Below are positions 61,072-64,000 of a stretch of DNA of 64,000 nucleotides, piece by piece (the stretch's first letter is position 1; the number at the start of each line of letters is the position of its first letter). Below the pieces are notes generated by a model. That model made no database searches. It had not been told where the DNA came from and worked only from the letters and a program-made list of their open reading frames with translations. Source of the DNA: an uncultured Candidatus Saccharibacteria bacterium (lineage in GTDB: Bacteria; Patescibacteriota; Saccharimonadia; CAILAD01; BJGX01); contig CAZKFZ010000003.1 of the NCBI GenBank assembly GCA_964552475.1, positions 24,078 through 88,077 on the forward strand. Reading direction: 5' to 3'. Both the position numbers and the translations under genes were made by a program.

Positions 61072-62133
61072 ATGACTAATAACGCTTATGCTAATCTAGA
61101 TAAGATAGACAGCAAAAATATTTTTGACGTAATAGATGCACAACCCAATCAGTTACGCCAAAACTATGCCGATAGCATGCGCGAAGATATAACTATTGAA
61201 GATGGTGTGGGTATTGAAAATGTAGTGTTTGTAGGTATGGGTGGTTCTGCCCTGGCAGGATCGATTGCACAAAATTGGCTCAGTGCTCGCACTACCGTGC
61301 CATTAGAAGTAGTTAGAGGCGATAAATTGCCTGGCTATGTAAATAACCGAACTTTAGTATTTATTTCTAGCTATTCTGGCAACACAGTAGAAACTTTGGC
61401 TGCACTAGAGCAGGCTTACAAGCTCAACGCTCAAATAATTGCTATGGGTAGGGGAGGAAAACTAGCAAGACTAAGTATTAGTTCGAGTCTAACCTTTTTA
61501 AGATTGCCAGAGGTGAGCCAACCTAGACTAGCGGTATTTGCTTGTCTTAGAGCACTAAGCTGCGTGTTAGACGACATGGACCTAGTAAATGCTACAGATC
61601 TGCGTCGTGAACTGCAAGATGCTGCCGACTATCTAGATACTGCCAAGCTGGGCTGGGGGCTAGATGCTACACAAGACAACCTAGCAAAGCACATTGCCGC
61701 TAAACTAAAAGACAAGCCGGTAATTATCTACACTAGTCCACTTCTAGAAAGCTCAGGTTATAAATGGAAAATAGACATTAATGAGAATGCTAAACAGATG
61801 GCATTTAGTAATACATTTTCAGAGCTCAATCACAATGAAATGCAAGGCTGGGTAGAGAAGATAGATGCCGAGTTTGCAAGCATTTTATTATACTCAGACT
61901 TTGACAGCACTAGCACAAAAGCTAGAATTGTGGTTACCGAGAAAGTTTTAGATAAGTATGGATATCAACCAATTAAGGTAGAGGCAAGCGGCAGTAATCA
62001 TATTCAACAGCTCTTATACTCCATTCTACTTGGTGATTTTGTTAGTGCATACCTTGCAATACTCAATAACGTCGATCCAACGCCGGTTGCTATTGTGGAG
62101 CAATTTAAAAAACAACTTAGACTTCAAACATAA
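61072..62133 (+). CDS. SIS-domain bifunctional phosphoglucose/phosphomannose isomerase-family protein
   Basis: 'VVFVGMGGSALAGSI' SIS phosphosugar-binding motif; 353 aa. Confidence 0.6.
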   Translation: MTNNAYANLDKIDSKNIFDVIDAQPNQLRQNYADSMREDITIEDGVGIENVVFVGMGGSALAGSIAQNWLSARTTVPLEVVRGDKLPGYVNNRTLVFISSYSGNTVETLAALEQAYKLNAQIIAMGRGGKLARLSISSSLTFLRLPEVSQPRLAVFACLRALSCVLDDMDLVNATDLRRELQDAADYLDTAKLGWGLDATQDNLAKHIAAKLKDKPVIIYTSPLLESSGYKWKIDINENAKQMAFSNTFSELNHNEMQGWVEKIDAEFASILLYSDFDSTSTKARIVVTEKVLDKYGYQPIKVEASGSNHIQQLLYSILLGDFVSAYLAILNNVDPTPVAIVEQFKKQLRLQT

Positions 62134-62294
62134 CGTTTTTTACAAAAATACCAACATTACGACTTGTTTGTTAACCTGATATTTACAAATAAAGACTTTA
62201 TTTAGTTGCAATTTATTACAAATTATGATAAAAATAGGGTGCTCGCTACGATTTTGTAGCTTGTACTTTACTACCTATCAAAAGGCATTTTGCG

Positions 62295-62879
62295 ATGACT
62301 CTCAATCCTTCTAGAAAGATAGAGGAAATCTTAATTGTAGTAGATGTGCCCAATATGAATTGGATGCTTCGCAATGTAGTTGGTACAGATAAGCCGAGTA
62401 ATGATCAGCTTATTCAGTACGAGATTCTTAAGAAGTACTTTGAGGCGTTATTTTCCTCTGCCACAGTTACGGCAACGGCATTTATTAATGCTCGTGAAAA
62501 CAATTGGTCTTCAATGCTTGGGTGGGCCAAGGGTCTTAAAGATTCTGGCTGGAACGTATTTGTAAAGCCTAAGCTCGAAAAGACCGATATTGACGAAGCA
62601 ATTATTGAGCACATTCAAATGCATTGCGACAATCCTGCGCTAGATCTAAAGACGGTGGTAGTGGTATCGCACGACACCAAGCGATTTAGTAGCTTGCTAG
62701 AGTCTATCGCTGCTACTGGTGTAAGAGCTATGTATGTAGCCTTTACAGAACTACTAAGTCCCAAGCCTGGCCCTGGCGTAGAGGTGTTGGATATTCGGGA
62801 TATCCCGAATATTACCGCCACGCCCTTGCCAGATGAGCTTAGGTATGAAAAGCTGCCCTTAGAGGGTCGTTACATTTAA
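62295..62879 (+). CDS. NYN/LabA-like domain protein
   Basis: 'ILIVVDVPNMNWM' and 'VVVVSHDTKRFSSLLESIAATGVRAMYVA' resemble NYN (PF01936) core motifs. Confidence 0.45.
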   Translation: MTLNPSRKIEEILIVVDVPNMNWMLRNVVGTDKPSNDQLIQYEILKKYFEALFSSATVTATAFINARENNWSSMLGWAKGLKDSGWNVFVKPKLEKTDIDEAIIEHIQMHCDNPALDLKTVVVVSHDTKRFSSLLESIAATGVRAMYVAFTELLSPKPGPGVEVLDIRDIPNITATPLPDELRYEKLPLEGRYI

Positions 62880-62980
62880 TCAATCCCCCGATTCTAATCT
62901 TTTGGAGTCGGGTTTTTAATTTACTAGAGATAAATACATATACAACATATAATTAACATAGCGTAAAAGAATATATTTCT

Positions 62981-63072
<92 letters not shown>

Positions 63073-63254
63073 ATATAGCTAAGACGTTAGTCTTAGCTAT
63101 ATCTTTATAGATATACATAAGATACTTTAGATTTAATGTAATGAAGCAGTAATATCGTAACAACAACCAACTTATTTAGTTGTATAAGTTACTCAAATAT
63201 GTTATTATAATCGGGCTCTACTTTTCGACATATTACAGCAAAGTGAGGAAATTC

Positions 63255-63758
63255 GTGTCAAAAATAGACGTTCTTTCTACCGGTGGAACATTCGATAAAG
63301 CCTATGGCAGTGGCGCTGGAGTGCGAGACTTCTCTTTCCCAGAAGTTTCGGCTGTTGAAGAAATTGCTACTCGGCTAGGTATTCAAAACATATCAGTGAC
63401 TTATAAGTCAGCAGAGGCAATGGATAGTCTTGATATGACAGAACGTGATCGAAACGATATCGCAGATTGGTGTACCAATGAGTCTCGAGAGCGCTGTGTG
63501 GTGATTCATGGTACAGACACCATGATAGAAACGGCTAGAGTTATTGCCGAGTCGTGTTCACACACCGTTGTGATTCTTACTGGGGCTTTGCAACCTGCTC
63601 GTATGCGCAACACCGATGCCGAGTTTAATCTAGGTGGCGCGCTTATTGCCGCACAAATCTGTCTACCTGGTGTATATATTGTTATGAGTGGTACAATCTT
63701 TAGATGGAATGAATGCCAGAAAAACCCAGTTACTGGACACTTTGAGCCTCTAACATAA
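63255..63758 (+). CDS. L-asparaginase-family N-terminal-domain protein
   Basis: 'LSTGGTFDK' (TGGTI-type) and 'IHGTDTM' asparaginase motifs. Start moved to GTG 63255 (SD GAGG 6 nt upstream). Only about 167 aa, i.e. the N-domain alone. Confidence 0.5.
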   Translation: MSKIDVLSTGGTFDKAYGSGAGVRDFSFPEVSAVEEIATRLGIQNISVTYKSAEAMDSLDMTERDRNDIADWCTNESRERCVVIHGTDTMIETARVIAESCSHTVVILTGALQPARMRNTDAEFNLGGALIAAQICLPGVYIVMSGTIFRWNECQKNPVTGHFEPLT

Positions 63759-63862
63759 CAAAAAGCCCAAACTTTACAATGAGTCGTTATAAACTCTTAA
63801 AAAGTTTGGGCGATTTTTATAACTAGATTTTTAAATCAAATTAGAGCATAATTGAAACTACT

Positions 63863-64000
63863 TATGCAAAACGACGATCAACCGCAAAGCGTAGAATCGA
63901 CTGGCACTACAGAACCAGCTTTTAACCCTAGTATTCCTGGTGTAGACCAACCAGCATCAACCAATGGAGTAGAGTTGGTGGGCAAAACTGCCGATCAAAA
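63863..64000 (+). CDS. 5' end of a hypothetical gene (runs off the window)
   Basis: Open frame from ATG 63863 to the window end. Confidence 0.25.

Overview
The window is AT-rich (about 35-38% GC by eye), gene-dense bacterial chromosome that spans the replication origin neighbourhood. On the minus strand run rnpA, rpmH, yidD, yidC, jag and mnmE; on the plus strand run dnaA, dnaN and recF, with DnaA-box clusters on both sides of dnaA. The small proteins, FemAB paralogs, ComFC and Gram-positive-style T4SS gene order fit a reduced-genome Gram-positive-type lineage such as a CPR/Saccharibacteria episymbiont; that placement is inference. Other content: a dTDP-rhamnose operon (rmlBCDA) with glycosyltransferases (0.1-6.7 kb), a VanW-like protein, a large type-IV-secretion-like locus (16.3-29.6 kb), hsp20, comFC, a NUDIX hydrolase, three tRNA-Ser genes, valS, tsaD, a five-tRNA cluster on the minus strand (41.6-42.5 kb), two tandem FemAB-family genes, a TrmB-like regulator, phosphomannomutase, a CIRCE-controlled groES-groEL pair, and a PGI/PMI isomerase. 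The T4SS-like locus holds VirB4, VirB6-like, VirB3-like and VirB8-like proteins, a PrgK-like lysozyme+CHAP hydrolase, a giant 1152-aa protein ending in an M15 peptidase domain, and four tandem VirB2-like pilin paralogs. Three things stand out. (1) The T4SS-like locus with its pilin array and large cell-wall-hydrolase payload. (2) A roughly 4 kb GC-rich island (47.2-51.2 kb) of seven small minus-strand genes (a DEDDh exonuclease, a P-loop NTPase, Zn-ribbon proteins) that share a conserved palindromic leader and a near-identical ribosome-binding region; it looks like an imported, co-regulated module of unknown function. (3) An ORF-less, promoter-to-terminator unit of about 510 nt upstream of groESL (candidate large ncRNA), plus a 65-70% GC single-gene insertion (58.9-60.35 kb) flanked by long perfect palindromes. 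No CRISPR arrays, transposases or integrases were recognised.
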